64,000 nt of DNA from assembly GCF_009834535.1 (NCBI RefSeq), contig NC_045697.1:11782001-11846000 (forward strand), in the 5' to 3' direction. Positions 1 through 13,723 of this stretch are shown piece by piece. The stretch is from Camelus ferus. Lineage: Eukaryota. The notes below the pieces were generated by a model. The model ran no database searches. It saw nothing but the letters and a program-made list of their open reading frames with translations, and was not told where the DNA came from. Position 1 is the stretch's first letter. The number at the start of each line of letters is the position of its first letter. The translations under genes were made by a program, and so were the position numbers.

Positions 1-266
1 AAGTTATACGTATTACTGCCTGTAGTCACATCGGGGCAGAGGACTTAAAAGCCAGCTCATGGTTTCTCTTGTCTCTTCCCTCTACCAAGACAGTCATCAA
101 TATTCCGGAAACAGGCTGTTCTAGTGCCTGGGTCCTGGAGATGAGATGACACAGACTAAACCTTCAACCATTCCATTCGGACATGTAGGACAGGCAAGAA
201 ATAATCAGTCATTGCAATTTAAGCCCCTGAAGTTCTATACTCATTTGTTATCAAGGCATAACTAGC
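1..266 (+). mobile_element. Old MaLR (MLT1-type) LTR, 3' part
   Basis: Ends in the typical MLT1 tail (...tttaagccc...tttgttatcaaggcataactagcc). Confidence 0.55.
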
Positions 267-1641
267 CTGTGGCTCTCAAAGTGTGGTCCTCAACTCCAGG
301 GAGTCCTCAGACTCTTTCAGAATACCCACGAGGTCAAGGCTATTTTCATAACAATACTGAGAGATTATTTGCCTTTTTCATTATGTCAACACTCACATTA
401 ATGGTGGAAAATTAATGGTGGGTTAAACAGCTGATCCTTATCACAAATCAAATCAGTAACACCAAACTGTACTAGTATTTATTGCATTTTTCACCCCATG
501 CACTCATAGTTTTAAAAAATGCAAGTTTCACTTCACCACTGAATGGAACAGAAAAGAAGAACTAAATTAAATGTCATCCTTGAGTCCGCATCTTCTTAAT
601 AATTCTTCGTGATGAGATAGAAAGTAAGCATGAAGTACGGAAGTCCTGCACCATGTCGTGAGGATGAGTGCGCATGGTTGTCTGAGTTGCAAGCTGAATT
701 AGCCATTTTTTCATTAAAAAAAATTATTTGAAAGGATAACTGATAAACAAACTATGGTTATTCAGACTTAGTCAATTGTCCAAGATTTCCTTGCCAATGA
801 TAAACTTCAGTGAATATTAGAATTCAATTAGGATTAGAAGATTAGTACTGGAATTAATATTAGGATATTAATATTCAAGTGAATATTTGAATTTTGTTAA
901 GCTTGGATCTGTCACTGTGATCTTGACATTTTCTAATAAAGATTTTTTCCTGATGAGATCAGTGGTGATATTAATGAATGCGGTTTTCTGATATTATATA
1001 ATGAAATATGTCATCATTTGGAAGATCTGTATAACTCAATGAGCCATTATTTTCCAAACGACCAATTTTGAAACTGGAAATGGATGAGTAAAAGACATGC
1101 ACGGGTATAAGACACTCAAAGTACAAGAGAGATCAATACCTTTCATTTCAGATTCCATGTTGCAACTAACCTCTTGAAAACTACCACTTGTTGAATTCTG
1201 GTTTTACATCAGAGAAGAATATCCACAATTATCTTAAATACTCCCCCTTTCCAACTACATATCTGTGACAGGCCAGATTTTCTTTATAAATTTCAAGCTA
1301 AGCAACATATCACAAGAGACTGCAGGAGCAAATACAAGAATCCAGCTGTCTTCATTAAGCCAGACATGAAAGATACTTGTACAAATGTAAATCAATACTA
1401 CTCTCCTCACTAAGACTCTTGGTTTAGAAAATATAGACATTTTTCAATATGATTTAACATGTAATGGGTTTATCGTTTTAAAGGAATTAATAAATAAATG
1501 TGTTTAAATTATGTTTTACTTTCTTATCTCCTATATGGTAAATATCAATAGATATCATGTACTTGTACAAAAGCTCTTTGGGGTTGTCAATAATTTTAAG
1601 AGTATAAAGGGGTCTTGAGAAGAAATATTTGAGAACTATTG
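267..1641 (+). mobile_element. hAT-Charlie (Charlie1-like) DNA transposon remnant
   Basis: Degenerate terminal inverted repeats ctgtggctctcaaa (267) and tttgagaactattg (1628-1641); Charlie1-like internal sequence; no intact transposase ORF. Confidence 0.8.
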
Positions 1642-1649
1642 GTGTACAG

Positions 1650-2310
1650 CCACAGTCAGGATCCAATGAGGAGACAGAAGCCACACAGAAGCTTGAACAG
1701 AGAAGGCTTAATATAAAGCTAACTAAAAGAATTTTTCAACATAATAATGAGTAACTACTCTAAATAATGCCCTAGGGCCAAAGAAGAGTACCCAAGGAAG
1801 GACAAAATCTTGCAAGAGAGGGCCCCTCTCCGCAGATGGGATTCAGAGGAAAAGGTGTGGCTGCAGCCCACTGGATGGCCAAGAAGTTCATGGGACTGGA
1901 GCTGGCCCACAGTCTGCAGGTAAGCAGGGAACACCATTCCAGTGCATGGAAGGGGCAGCCTGCAAGTTTGTCCGGATAGCACGAAGTCTGAGTGGACAGT
2001 GCCCACACCGGGAGGGACTGTGTGACGCGGTCACCAGGCTGGGTGGTTGCTGTGAGCTCACTGAGTTGCTGCATGATCTGGGGCTGAGTGCCGCTGCCAA
2101 GGATGCATCAGAAGCAAGAAGAAACAAAAGGGACCGACTGGAGCCAGGAAGAGAGCCTCCTGTTCTTCCTGCAATGTCTCTCCAGCGCCCTCTACTGACA
2201 AAGCTTAATGTGTTCACTGCAGAGGAGGCTGCCTTAAAAGCCCGTGATGGAGCTAGCTGAGCTCAAGGTGAACTTGGAACTGAGAGGCAGTACATTGCTA
2301 GCTAGCACAC
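1650..2310 (-). mobile_element. Old ERVL-type solo LTR
   Basis: Starts cagtcaggatccaatgaggagacagaagccacac and ends ...gctagcaca, as in ancient LTR33/41-like elements. Subfamily uncertain. Confidence 0.5.
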
Positions 2311-2390
2311 AGACGTAAAACACACCACATAACCCTTTTTTATTACATCTATTTGTATTTCCAAAAACAATATTCTGGGATCCATGATTT

Positions 2391-2799
2391 AAGAAACACT
2401 GATCTTGGGGGAAGTAAGAGCTGAGTTAATTGAAACATCTTAAGTTTGGCAGAAATTAGCGTTTCTGAGCCAAAAGTGGATTTGGGACAGGTCAATAGTA
2501 AACAATGGTGATTTTATTTATTTTTACTCTCTGGAAAAGGAAATAACACAATTCCAGAAAGTGAAAACACGTTTGTAAGGTTATGAATCCCTTTTATTGC
2601 ATCTAGAACAGTGCTATGCACAGAATGGGTGCTTGAGTTGTTGTGGGTAAAAAAAAAATGTTAACTGGTAAATTTCATGCTGATTTTCAAGGCTAGCTTA
2701 AGTATAAAATCTTTTTTAAAACACTTGAAAAATTAAAGAATTTGTTTTATATTATGACAGTATTGAAGAAAAAAAAAAAAAAGAAGAAGCACTGATCTT
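2391..2799 (+). mobile_element. L1-mediated retro-insertion of non-repeat-looking sequence (orphan transduction or 3'-UTR retrocopy)
   Basis: 16-bp TSD aagaa(a/g)cactgatctt at 2391-2406 and 2784-2799; ATTAAA at 2732-2737; A-tail at about 2766-2782. Confidence 0.8.
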
Positions 2800-3964
2800 A
2801 GTATATCATAGATTTGTTCTGAGTCTCCGCTCCGCCTTATCCACACTTGCTGTTGAATTTCAAAATTCGCATGTCAACAACCACATCTGGAAAACACACT
2901 CTGCTTAGGAAGGCTGCCAAGGGCCCACAACTGGGTGTGTATATGTGTGGGTTAAATTCTGTAGCAAGATTGTTTGAGCGCAGGAAGCAAAAAAAAGATT
3001 TGATGAATCATTAATAAGGGCAATTTAGCAAAATACCTCAACAAGTTTTTGCACTCAGTGACAATGTTATGACTAGCTTTCCCACTAGCCCAGATCTCTG
3101 GCTACAGGGACTTTGAAAATGCCCAAATTACACATCTCCTAAACTGGTGTTTCCACAGCATAGACATAAAATCTGAAAGGCTAGAGGTACAACACTGGCT
3201 GTTTTTCATTTCTCACAGAAAAGCGTCAAGGTCTTTCTTGCCCTTCAAGCGCTCGCTCAAACACATAGTCTTCCCACAATCCCCATCCCCTCTCCACCCA
3301 CCCATGAATCTCTCTCTCCCCTCTGGACCCCAGCTTTTTGTTCTTCATGCTTCCACGGAAGCACTCCCCTAAGCTAACTTGTTTTGCAGCTAGTTCTGTC
3401 TACGCCTTTCTCTCCCACTGCACGGTGAGCTCCTCCGGGGGGCTCCATGCCTCATTTATCTTTGCATCCCAGAGCCAGATACATGACTTGAGGGGGTAAG
3501 CCCCCCTCTCCGTACAGGCTGAGCCAGATCTGTTCACTTCAGGTGAAGGAAGAAGGGTAGCCTGATGTCTCCTGATTATCATTCCCAGCTTGCAAAGGAG
3601 CTCGGCCACGGACAGGCACTCAGCTGCTTTCTGCTGTGAGCAATCTTCAAGGCATTTTGAACACAGTGGTATTCAAGGGGATTCTTTTGAGCCAGGCAAA
3701 GAGTGCAGAATTCATTTGAGAACTCTGGAATTGAGAAAGTTTATAAGCTAATTCAAAACCCAGAAAAACAATCGAGCACTACTTCTTGGAGTCATTCTGC
3801 CACAGCTTGTCTGAGTCATTGCTTGAATCTTTCTCACCTCCCACCTCAAGCCTTCATCTCCCATAAGGTAAGGCAGGACCATTTGTCTGGCAGAATCTTA
3901 AGATATTTTGTTGGTAGCACGGAATGCTCCCCATCCCATTTGAAACCTTCCTAAAAAGTCTCTC

Positions 3965-4365
3965 CTGGTCAGGATCAACTAGATTATGAAACAGTAACAA
4001 ATACCAATACATTTCAGTGCTTTAAGGCCTTAATAGTTTATCTGTCACTTTTGCAAAGTCCACTGTGGGTCTGGGCAACTCTCCAGGGCAGCTGTGACTA
4101 ATGCATTAGTCAAGGATGCAGGTGACTCACCTGGTACCTCTGACATCTCGAGACAAGGTGAAGAAGGGAAAGTGTGGAGATTTCACATCTGCATGTCCTT
4201 TGCTTTGACTCAGTAGTGATATGTGCTGTATCCGCCACATCCCGTTGGTCCAAACTAGACACGTACCCCTCCTAAAAAGTAAGGAGGCTGGGACGTGTTG
4301 CCCTCTGTGGACCCAGGAAGGAGAGGGAGAACAGATATCAGTGGACTCTTGTGCTACCGACTTCC
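3965..4365 (-). mobile_element. MaLR MLT1J/K-like LTR
   Basis: Characteristic ...gtcaggat...cagtaacaaa... start and ...gttggtccaaactagacacg...aggaggctggga... motifs. Confidence 0.55.
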
Positions 4366-7300
4366 AAGGCTTTCACATGGACTTTGTAAGTAAAAAATGT
4401 GCGAGTGCCCTTCCCATCAAGCCTGTTCCCCTTGTAAGGCAGCACTGCAAACCTCCTCACACATCTGGCAGAGGGAAGTCCAGTTGTGAGCGGCAGCTTG
4501 CTTCTCCCACCTCTGCCTTCTGTTCTTAGACACACCTAAGCAGCCAGGGAGGTGTCTTCAGCATCCCTGAAGCAGACATCTCACCTGCACAGAGCAGAAG
4601 GGGGAAGTGCCTCCTCCCTCCCTTTTTCATCCATAATCTTGTCTACCTGGGTGCATGTTCGAGTAACAGACAGGTTCTAACTGGCTGGGTACGTGGAAAC
4701 AAAGCAATGAGGCAAATAACTGGCCATTCCAGGACTTCTGGCCTTGAAGGGTTCCCTGAGCAGGAAAGGAAGAAAGAGCAAAGTTTGAAAGGTTTCTGCC
4801 CTCTTTCCAATGTCAATAACTAACTTTACTTTCCTGTTATATCCCATTGTGGTTATTAATATCATAATTCAACACTTCCAACAAAGTTCATTAAATACTT
4901 GCAATATATCTGACTGCAGAAAATGGGGACCCAGGCAGTTTTTTTGAACAATTACGATGTTCCAAGTTTCACACTATACGCTCTTTGCTAATAATAAATC
5001 ATTTTTATTCTTTTCACAACCTTTTGAGGTTGTCACAATTGTTCCCTTTTTATAGCCAAATAAACTGAGGTTCCAAGAATTAAGTTGTTTGCCCCAGGTC
5101 ATGGCCGGTAATAGTGGGAGAGTGGGGATCTCATCCTACATCTGTCTGGCTCGTAATAAGGGAATCCCACACATCCACTCTAAATTAATTAGCACTTAGA
5201 AGTTACTGGCTTACAGTCTGATTTTTTAGACTTTATATACTCCAAGAGTGTAATCAAGAGATCATTCATTCACTGCAATAATGTCAGTTCTATTTGAAAT
5301 TTGAAAGATTGTTAATCATCTCTTTTGTGTACTATTCATTATGTCGTGGTGATCTTTTCAACTGCATTAACTTCCCTTTCTCTCAAATAACTCACTGGAC
5401 AGAATGCGGTTTTATTACATGGTCCAGAGAAGCCACATAACTCCTGTCCCGGGATTGAATGAACTAATGCTCATCTAACAAAGTGCCCATAACAAAGCAG
5501 CCGTTTACTAAAAAAAAAAAAAAAAAAAAAATCAACTACTATGTTGCTAGACAAACGTGTAGAACATTGGATCCTTATCTCATATGATGAGTGAAAATCT
5601 GAAAAATAAAATGCTGTTACTCTGGTACAAGTGTAAACACCATCAGCCTGCTAGGGCAGAGGCGGAGACGGAGATCATCACACATGTGTCTAAAGGAGCA
5701 AATCTTTAGCTTCCCATGTGTACTCATGGGCTTAACACAAGCAGTGGTGGTGGGGGAGGTGGTTATGATGGGAGAGCAAAAACAAACGCGAAGCTAGAAA
5801 CATCCTGAAATGTTGGAAATGGATTGCCAAAGTTGCAACTAAAAGACAAGATGTAAATAGAGGTGTATTTAAATATATGACAGCGTTTGGGGGCTCTTGG
5901 AGAACACACCCTTCCTTATACTAGGTAAGCCTAATGTTTAGACCTTCTTACATTTGATTTTATATATGTTTTCAGAAGCCATTGTACACAGACTTGGGAT
6001 AATGCCAGTGTGTAATTTTGCGCTGTGTCCCAGCATCCAAAGCAGTGCCTGGCACCCAGAAGGCTCTCAGCACGTATTTGATGAATGATAAGTGGCCAGA
6101 TCTACATAGGAGAATATAGGTGGAAGCAAGGAAAAAAATATTTCAAAAGCTGAAGCTGAACTCTTCTTAGGGAAAGAATTGCCTTTTTTGGATGATACAC
6201 TGATGGGATTTTTATTTCTAGCAGGATGGTAGATCAGATATTTTGAACTACCTTTCCAATGAAGATTCACTAGCATACTAAAAGAAATTTTTTTAAGTAT
6301 CTTTAAAATGCATCACTAAGTGATCTGGGACAGATGTAAGGAGTGTTGAGAAACTAAAACAAACAAGACAAAAGCAGGAAGTAATGGGGCCCTAAAACTG
6401 ACTTTCCCTAAAGTTTGCAGCTGCACCTTACAGACCTTGAACTTTCCTGGGTGGTGGGCTGGAAAGATGGAATGGGAGACAGAAACCAGCGAATCTGCTC
6501 AAGGGGGCCACTTCTTATTATTTTTACCTCCTTTATAAGGTTGACTTCCAAGTCCTACTATTTGTTTTCCCTACATATAAAGCCGGTGCTACAAACGGCT
6601 GTAACTCACTTATACAGAACGAGAACTGAATGTGTTGTTCAGGAGAGTATCTGAATGGGCGGGGAGAGCAGGTGGGTGCGAGAAGGTCTTAGAATGAGAC
6701 GCAGGCTCTGTGACTCCTCTTCCCGTTGGGCAGTGAAGCCTCCCTGCTGTCAGACGTTTTATCCAGAACACCTCCAGGCTCCAAGTTCACGTGAGCCTTC
6801 TTCCCAACTCAGTCTTAGTTCAGGGATTGAAAGTGGAGCAGTGCGTTCATCCCAAGGCAACAGCTCACCTTTCTTTACTGGATGAACACTTCCTTTCCTT
6901 CGCTTAGTCATAAATACAGAAAATGGTCACCTGTTCAAGACTGTCTCTACAGAAACCTGCTACCCTTGATTTTGGTGTGATCTGGTGGGAACAGCACATG
7001 GCTTGGGGAAGCCGCTCAGGAGAGGCTGTGAGTGGTCCTTAAGACATCACACATGCGTTTGCAGTCATGTTCAGGGTGTGTTGAAAACTCAGCCCCAGGT
7101 TTGGCAGACGTGTAATAGTATTGGAGAAATTACATCCCTTTAAAATCAGACTTCGTATTCTGTTGAAGTCTCCCAGGGATCAGGGGTGTGATTAAAGCTT
7201 CTGCCAAAATAATCCACTTGCTATAAACAGTAGAGGATGACACTGATATGTCAGTGGGTGTCTGAGAGGGAACACAAGGGAGAGGAAATATATTTTCAAG

Positions 7301-10047
7301 AGGTGCTGGGACAAAGAACAGAGCTTTCAACTTAGTTAGAGTCTATGGAAATCTGCCACGTGTGGGGCGCAGGACAGGGCGGGGACTGGTCATCAAAAAA
7401 CAAACAAACAAACCAAGACCAGATAACACCTAGATGCACGTACTTCATTCTAGTGCATAATCAGGGTTTCCAACACTCCAGTTCCCGGTTTTGTAAATTC
7501 TCCTATTGAAATACAGCCTACACACAGAAAAGCCCATGAGTGCACTGATCAATCCATTTGCACAAGGTGAACACTTCTAAGTAACCCCTACCTGGATCAA
7601 GAAATAGGATATTACTGAAATTTATTGATGCCTTGGTTGTTCTTAGATGCCTTCAATCAGCCGTTTTTGTCATTTTTCTAACTTGGATGTTTTTGTCATT
7701 AGCAGGGTTAGTCTATTACCAACTGGCTTCTTCCTCATCCTTAAGCAGAAGTTTATTAAATACTACTGAGTTCTCACAAAATGCTGCGAGGTGGCATTCT
7801 TGTCCTAATTTTCAAGTTTAGGATATTGAGTTTCAGAGACACACACTTTGCACAAGAGCACCAGCTGGTAAGTATCGGAGCTAAGGTTTCAACACCGGGA
7901 TTGTCTCAGAGCATGTGTGTTTAACCACGGTACTACACTGCTGTTCAAATGGGAGCTAGCAGTCTTTAAGATACATTATAACATTATAGGTAAATTTGGA
8001 TATCGACTCCTTTCTATATCATATATACGTATACATTGTATATAGATGAATTATACAATATATGTTGCCTCATTTAACCATTGCAATGTATTCTCTCATT
8101 TAAGCATTGTAACAATCCTAGGAGGTAGAAATTATTCTTCACATATTACAGATGTTAAGACTTTCCTAAGCGTGTAGCCTGACTCTTGAGCCCTAGGTCT
8201 AGGCCCTCCCACTTCTCTGTCAGTCACCCGTCCCTCACCCAGGCCACCCTTGCAGTCAATGGATGTCTGTGGAATAAAAGAACAAATGATGTCAACACTC
8301 ACTTGTGAGTCAAGCTGATAGTAAAAGAGGACCATGCTGCTGTTCTGAGATCATTCCCAGACACGGAATGGTGTCTAAACAGATGTGCTTAATGTCAACC
8401 CCAGGGAGAAGAGACACAAGCCCTTGACTGAATTGCCTCCTCTGTATCGTCTAGGATGGATGTGACCTATTTCTCTTGATGCAACCCTCCTTGCACTGGT
8501 CCAATCGAAGTCATTCTTTAATCTAAGACGGGAAGCATTAGGAGAAAGGAAGCTAGCAGCTCCTGAGGGCCGGCTGTGTGTAGACAGGGCTCTATCAATA
8601 TAGTTCATCGCTTCATCCCCACAAAGAACCTGTGAGGTAGATGCTACTGCTCGCATTTTCCAGGCAAGGAACCTGGGAACCACAGGGGTGAGGTCATGTG
8701 TCTGAGTTCTCATCAATAGAAACTGAAGGATTTGGGATTTGGACTCTGCCATCCACTTCAGAGTCACATTCGGTTGTCAGTCTTCCCCACTGTCCTGGAA
8801 ACTAGGATCCCCAAAGGCAGTGATTGCCTTGTATCACCAGGACACTACGCGGTGCCGGCGCACAAGGGGACTGATCAGGAACCAGTAATAAACCTCGGAC
8901 GTCCAGTGCCGCCGTCCAGCCTCCTCCTTCACAGCTCTGGGCACGTGAAACTCCACCTGTATTTACTTCCCAGCCTAAGATGACCCTTGATTAGTTTGTC
9001 CTCTTAATAAGCACATGTTCTCTTAAAACTCAATGTTCTCTTTCATATTTTATCCTTCTGCCCCTTGGGAAAGTGCTCTCCTTTCCTTGCTCAGATAGTT
9101 GGCTTAGGGAAATTGCACACAGAAAAAGTGAGCTGCTTGTCCACTAAACTGCCAACTAGAAACATGAGCTACATTTGGAATTCACAGCACAGGAAGACGT
9201 CCAGCCTGCTTACAAAGCATTGGCAGGGGCTCAAAGAAAACCAGATACAGAATAAGCCTTTTCTGGTACTAAATGATGCTCTCATTTACATGCTCACTAT
9301 ACTAATTCTCTTTGTTTCAACCTCAACTAAAGTCAAGGAAGGTTTCTTGGGCAGTGTTAATTCACACGTATTGGACAACCCTGAAATGACAAAATGCTCT
9401 AATTCCATCTGTTGATAAAAGCCAATTTGACACCCACACTAAGCTGTTTTTTTTCAAATAACAATGGTAACATTTAATTAGAATTGAGCATAGCTGCTTG
9501 TGTTCACTTCACAGTGTACGGTACACTGGTGGTTCCCTGAGTAAAGGAAAGATGGATATCCAGTGTGAACGCTGCATTTTAAAAAGAGCCGCGCACTAGT
9601 CGTGTCTAATGATGCATAACATCCTGCCATTAATTGCTAGTATTTCAAGCGGCTTGAGGGCCAGCTGGTCTTCAGTCCTTCCTGTCATGATCGCAGGTCA
9701 GGTTGAATCTTTGCCGGGCTATCACAATTGCTTTGTAAAGATTACTTCGAGAGAGAGAGCCTTCAGAAGCCCTCCCAAGTGACTGAGTGTATTTTAACTA
9801 AAATATAATAATATAAGAAAGCATCTAGCGTCATGCCTGGCACGTAGTAGGTACTTAGTGAGTGTAGCCTTTGTAAATGTTTCTTCAATACTTCAATCAT
9901 TACCATCATAATCCCTGAGGAAGCTGGTGTCACAGCTGTCAGCATCCTCTAAGGAGGCAGCTGGGATGTAAGACGGTGTTTCCCAAACTTCAGCCATTCA
10001 GATAAGACCTTCACGAGTTCACCACGTGTTTACACCACGTCTACTCT

Positions 10048-10670
10048 GTGACGGAGTAATGGTCCCCCAAAGATGGTTACGTCCTAGTCCCAGCACCTGT
10101 GACGGTGCTACCTCACATGGCAAAAGGGATTTTGCAGATATAATTAAGTTAAGGATCTGGAAATTAAGAAATTATCCTTTATTATTCGGGTGAGCCCGAT
10201 GTAAGTACAAGGTACCCTGTAGGAGGGAGGCCAGGAGGTCAAAGTCAGAAAAAGGAGATGGGACGACAGAAGCAGAGGTTGGGGCTTCAAGCCAAGGAGG
10301 GCAACTTTCAAACCTGGAAAAGGCAAGGAAACAAATTACACCCTTCACAAAAATCAACTCAAAATGGATCACAGACCGAAACGTAAAATGCAAAACTATA
10401 AAAACTCCCAGCAGAGGAGAAAATCTAGATGACGCTGGGTATGGTGACGCCTTTTAAGATACAATACCAAAGTGACTATTATGGAAAGAATAATTGATCA
10501 TCTAAATTTCTAGGGGATGCTGTACCCTAGAGCCTCCAGAAGGAGTACAGCCCTGCTGATACCTTAATTTTAGGATTTCTGACTCCAAAACCAGAAATTA
10601 ATAAATTGGGATTGCTCTCAGTCACTAAGCTTGTGATAATCTGGTAGAGCAGCTATAAGAAACTGATATT
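10048..10670 (+). mobile_element. MLT1D-like LTR interrupted by an internal L1 fragment (about 10338-10515)
   Basis: tgtgacggagtaatggtcccccaaagatg...aaggcaaggaaacaaatt | L1 ORF2-like piece | ...ccctagagcctccagaagga...agaaactgata. Confidence 0.75.
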
Positions 10671-10704
10671 TTATGTAATATTTTATTTCTGTAATGTATC
10701 TTTA

Positions 10705-11190
10705 AAGACTGTTTTTTCAGAGCAGTGTTAGATTTACAATAAAATTGGAAGGAAGGTACAGAGACTTGTCTCATGCCCCGGCCCCCACACGTGCACAGCC
10801 TCCCCCGTTAGCAACATCAATCACCAGAGTTGTACTTTTTTTAATAAAGGATGAGCCTGCAGTAACACATCATAATCACTCAAAGTCCATAGTTTACCTA
10901 AGGGTTCTGTGGGGTTGGGCAAATGTACAGTGACAGGAATTCATCATTATAATATGCTACAGAGTATTTTCATTGCCCTTAACATCCTCTGTGCTCTGCC
11001 CATTCATCTCCGCCCCTCCCCTCTCATTGTTGTTTCAATTTGCGTTTCCCTGATGACACAGGACACGGAGCATCTTTTCATATGCTGATTCACCATCTTT
11101 ATATCTTCTTTGATGAGGGGCCTGTTGGGGTCTTTGGTCCCTTTTTTGATTGGATTATTGTTTTCTTATTGTTGAGTGTTGAGAGTTCTG
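10705..11190 (-). mobile_element. L1M 3' fragments, antisense
   Basis: ttttttcagagcagtgttagatttaca... and ctcattgttgtttcaatttgcgtttccctgatgac motifs. Confidence 0.7.
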
Positions 11191-12559
11191 CTAGCACACC
11201 TGCCCTAAAGGAACAGCTCAAACCGCACTTTGAAAAACTGGTGTAAGGAGACAAAGCCCCCGAGATGAGAGACCAGAGATCCACACCTGGCTCTTCTGCT
11301 CATTGACCTTAGACTCGTCACTTCCAGACCCCTGGTCCTTAGTCTTCCCGTCTATTCAAAGGGTTCAGTGGGAGAAATATTTATTGGCCCCCAGCCTTAT
11401 GCTGGCCACCGGGATCATCCAGGACAGTCCCTCTCTGAGCAAGGGATCACAGGCCACCAGGTTGGCCAAAGGTTTCCACTCTCTGCTTCCTTAGGTCTGT
11501 TCCACTTACTGAGCCCTCCAGCCTCGACTTGGAGTCAGGAAGCTGAAGTTTAGGGTGATGATGGCCCCTGCTCCCCATTCCTCTCTTTTTCCCTCTGGAG
11601 CATCTGTGCACTGAGCTTAGCTGACATCGGAGAGAAAAGCTGCCTGACATCTCTCCCCTCCCCACACAGGTCACCCTGAACCACATTCACGTCAGGAGGC
11701 GGAGACAAATCAAGCAGTCTAGTGCGGTTTAATGGCAGGAACGCCGGAGTAGAAGTCCAAAATCTGACTTAAATCATGTCTCCGTGACCTGCCAGTGGCA
11801 TGATCTTAACCTCTCTGAGTCGCAATTGCCTTATTTGTAAATAGGGGAAATCCTACTTAGTTCAAAGTAACGTTGTGAAGATTCAGTGAAATAACACGGG
11901 CTTGCACTCCCAGCACCACGCCTGGCACACAGTGGGTATCAATACATGTCAGTGAGGCCTGAATCGGAATCCATAACCATCTCCTAGTATGTCCAGGTGA
12001 TGGAAGCTTGACAGGGACTCCTGACACATTGACTGGGACAAGTCCTTTTCCCATAGCTCCAGCGATCCGAATTGTTGGGTTGCTCATGTGTTGTCACCAG
12101 TGTGCAAGCGAACTGGGCAGTGAAGAAAGTAACACAAGAGGAATGCGGGGGAGAAAGGGTGAGCAGAAAGGAGGAGGGAAGGCAGGGAAGGAGAAAAAAT
12201 CCAGCATGAACAGTAGCAAGTCTCCAGGGCTTGAGGTTACTTATTGATCTTCAACCTACTCCCAGAGCTGAGCCGAGGCCCCGGGAGGAAAGAAAATTGA
12301 ACCCAGTTTCACACGCTGGTTTTCCCCACCAGTGTTCTCATCTATTGCCAACGCCTGCCCCCTTGTGGGCGGCCTTCACAATGAGAAAATGTTTTAAGTG
12401 TTCCGAGGTCCCCCATTGCCAGCAAGATAAAATTCACTGAACAAAGATCCTTCATGATCCAGCCCCTACCAACCAAGACAACCTCCTTTTTGTGCAGCCG
12501 CCCCCCAGCACTTTATGCTCCAATAATACAAGATTCCGTATTTCCCCCACAACACCGTA

Positions 12560-12750
12560 GCTCAGAGGCCAACCTGGAAATCAGAGTTCAAAATCCTGAC
12601 TTTTCTCCCTAGCTTTGTGACTTTGGGTAAGTTACCTAACCTCTCTAAGCTTGTTCCTCATCTGTAAAATGGGGATAATAGTAGCCCCTACCTCCTAGAG
12701 TTGTTGTCGAGTTAAGATGAAGCATGAAAAGCATCTTACAAACGGTACAA
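12560..12750 (+). mobile_element. MIR SINE (one representative; many more MIR fragments occur in the window)
   Basis: Core ctttgggtaagttacctaacctctctaagcttgttcctcatctgtaaaatggggataatagtagcccctacctc. Confidence 0.8.
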
Positions 12751-13723
12751 TGCCCCCAATGCCCCTTAACCACCGTCTGTAAACTCATCATATTCCTTCT
12801 ACCTCTGAGCCATTCATTTAACGAGCATCTATTATGAACTACATGGATGATAAATAAGGCACTGTCTTGAAAATACCTTGTAGTCCAGAGGAAGAGAAAG
12901 AAATATAGACAAATAATTATTATATTTTTAATTTTGGCAAAGACAGTGGTAGATTTAAAGATCATTTGATTTCCCCAAAAAAAAGCAAGCCTAAGATAAG
13001 GGATTGTAGGCCTTAGTTTATTTTGTGATGTGGTCTGAGGGAACAGGGGGCAGGGGACCTGGGGAGAGTGACATGGGGCAGAAGGGAAAACCAGCATATG
13101 ATATTTCATCAAAGCAACTGAAGCTCGATCCCACTGGGACACTCTAAGAAGCTACAGGAATGTGACTCATATTGACTACCTGGAGGACAGAAGAGGGGAC
13201 GTTTATCCACCAGCTTCTGTGTCCCAGTGAACACAAGTTTCCCCTTAGAGCAGGCCTCCCAGATTTGTGCACATGCAAGTGCCTGGCACATTTCTGCAGG
13301 CATCCTGAGCCTCGGGTCAGGCAAACCCAAGGGCAGAAAGCAAAACAAGCAGGACAGCTGAGGAAGAGTGGGCAGCTTGCACATGCTCGGAGCTGGCAGT
13401 CCCAGCTAAGGCTGGAATGCAAGGCTGGGCACAAGGGGTGTTCAATGATGGCAGAAGAAATCATAGGATCAGAGGAGGGACACCGAACACAGCTCAGCCT
13501 TGGTCAAACAGATGAGATGTCATCATATAAAGGTTCCTGGAGTGGCTGGCCACATCAAATCTACACGAAATTCTCCAGGGGTGGAGAAAAGGCCGATGAA
13601 CGGCTGAGCATGCGCAATGCCAGGAGAGTGGAGAGCAGAGGCCAAGGAAGGACACAGTCAAGGCACTTGTTTGGGAGCTAAAATCAGTAGGATTTAGTGA
13701 GTGACTGGATGGAGGAGAGGGAG

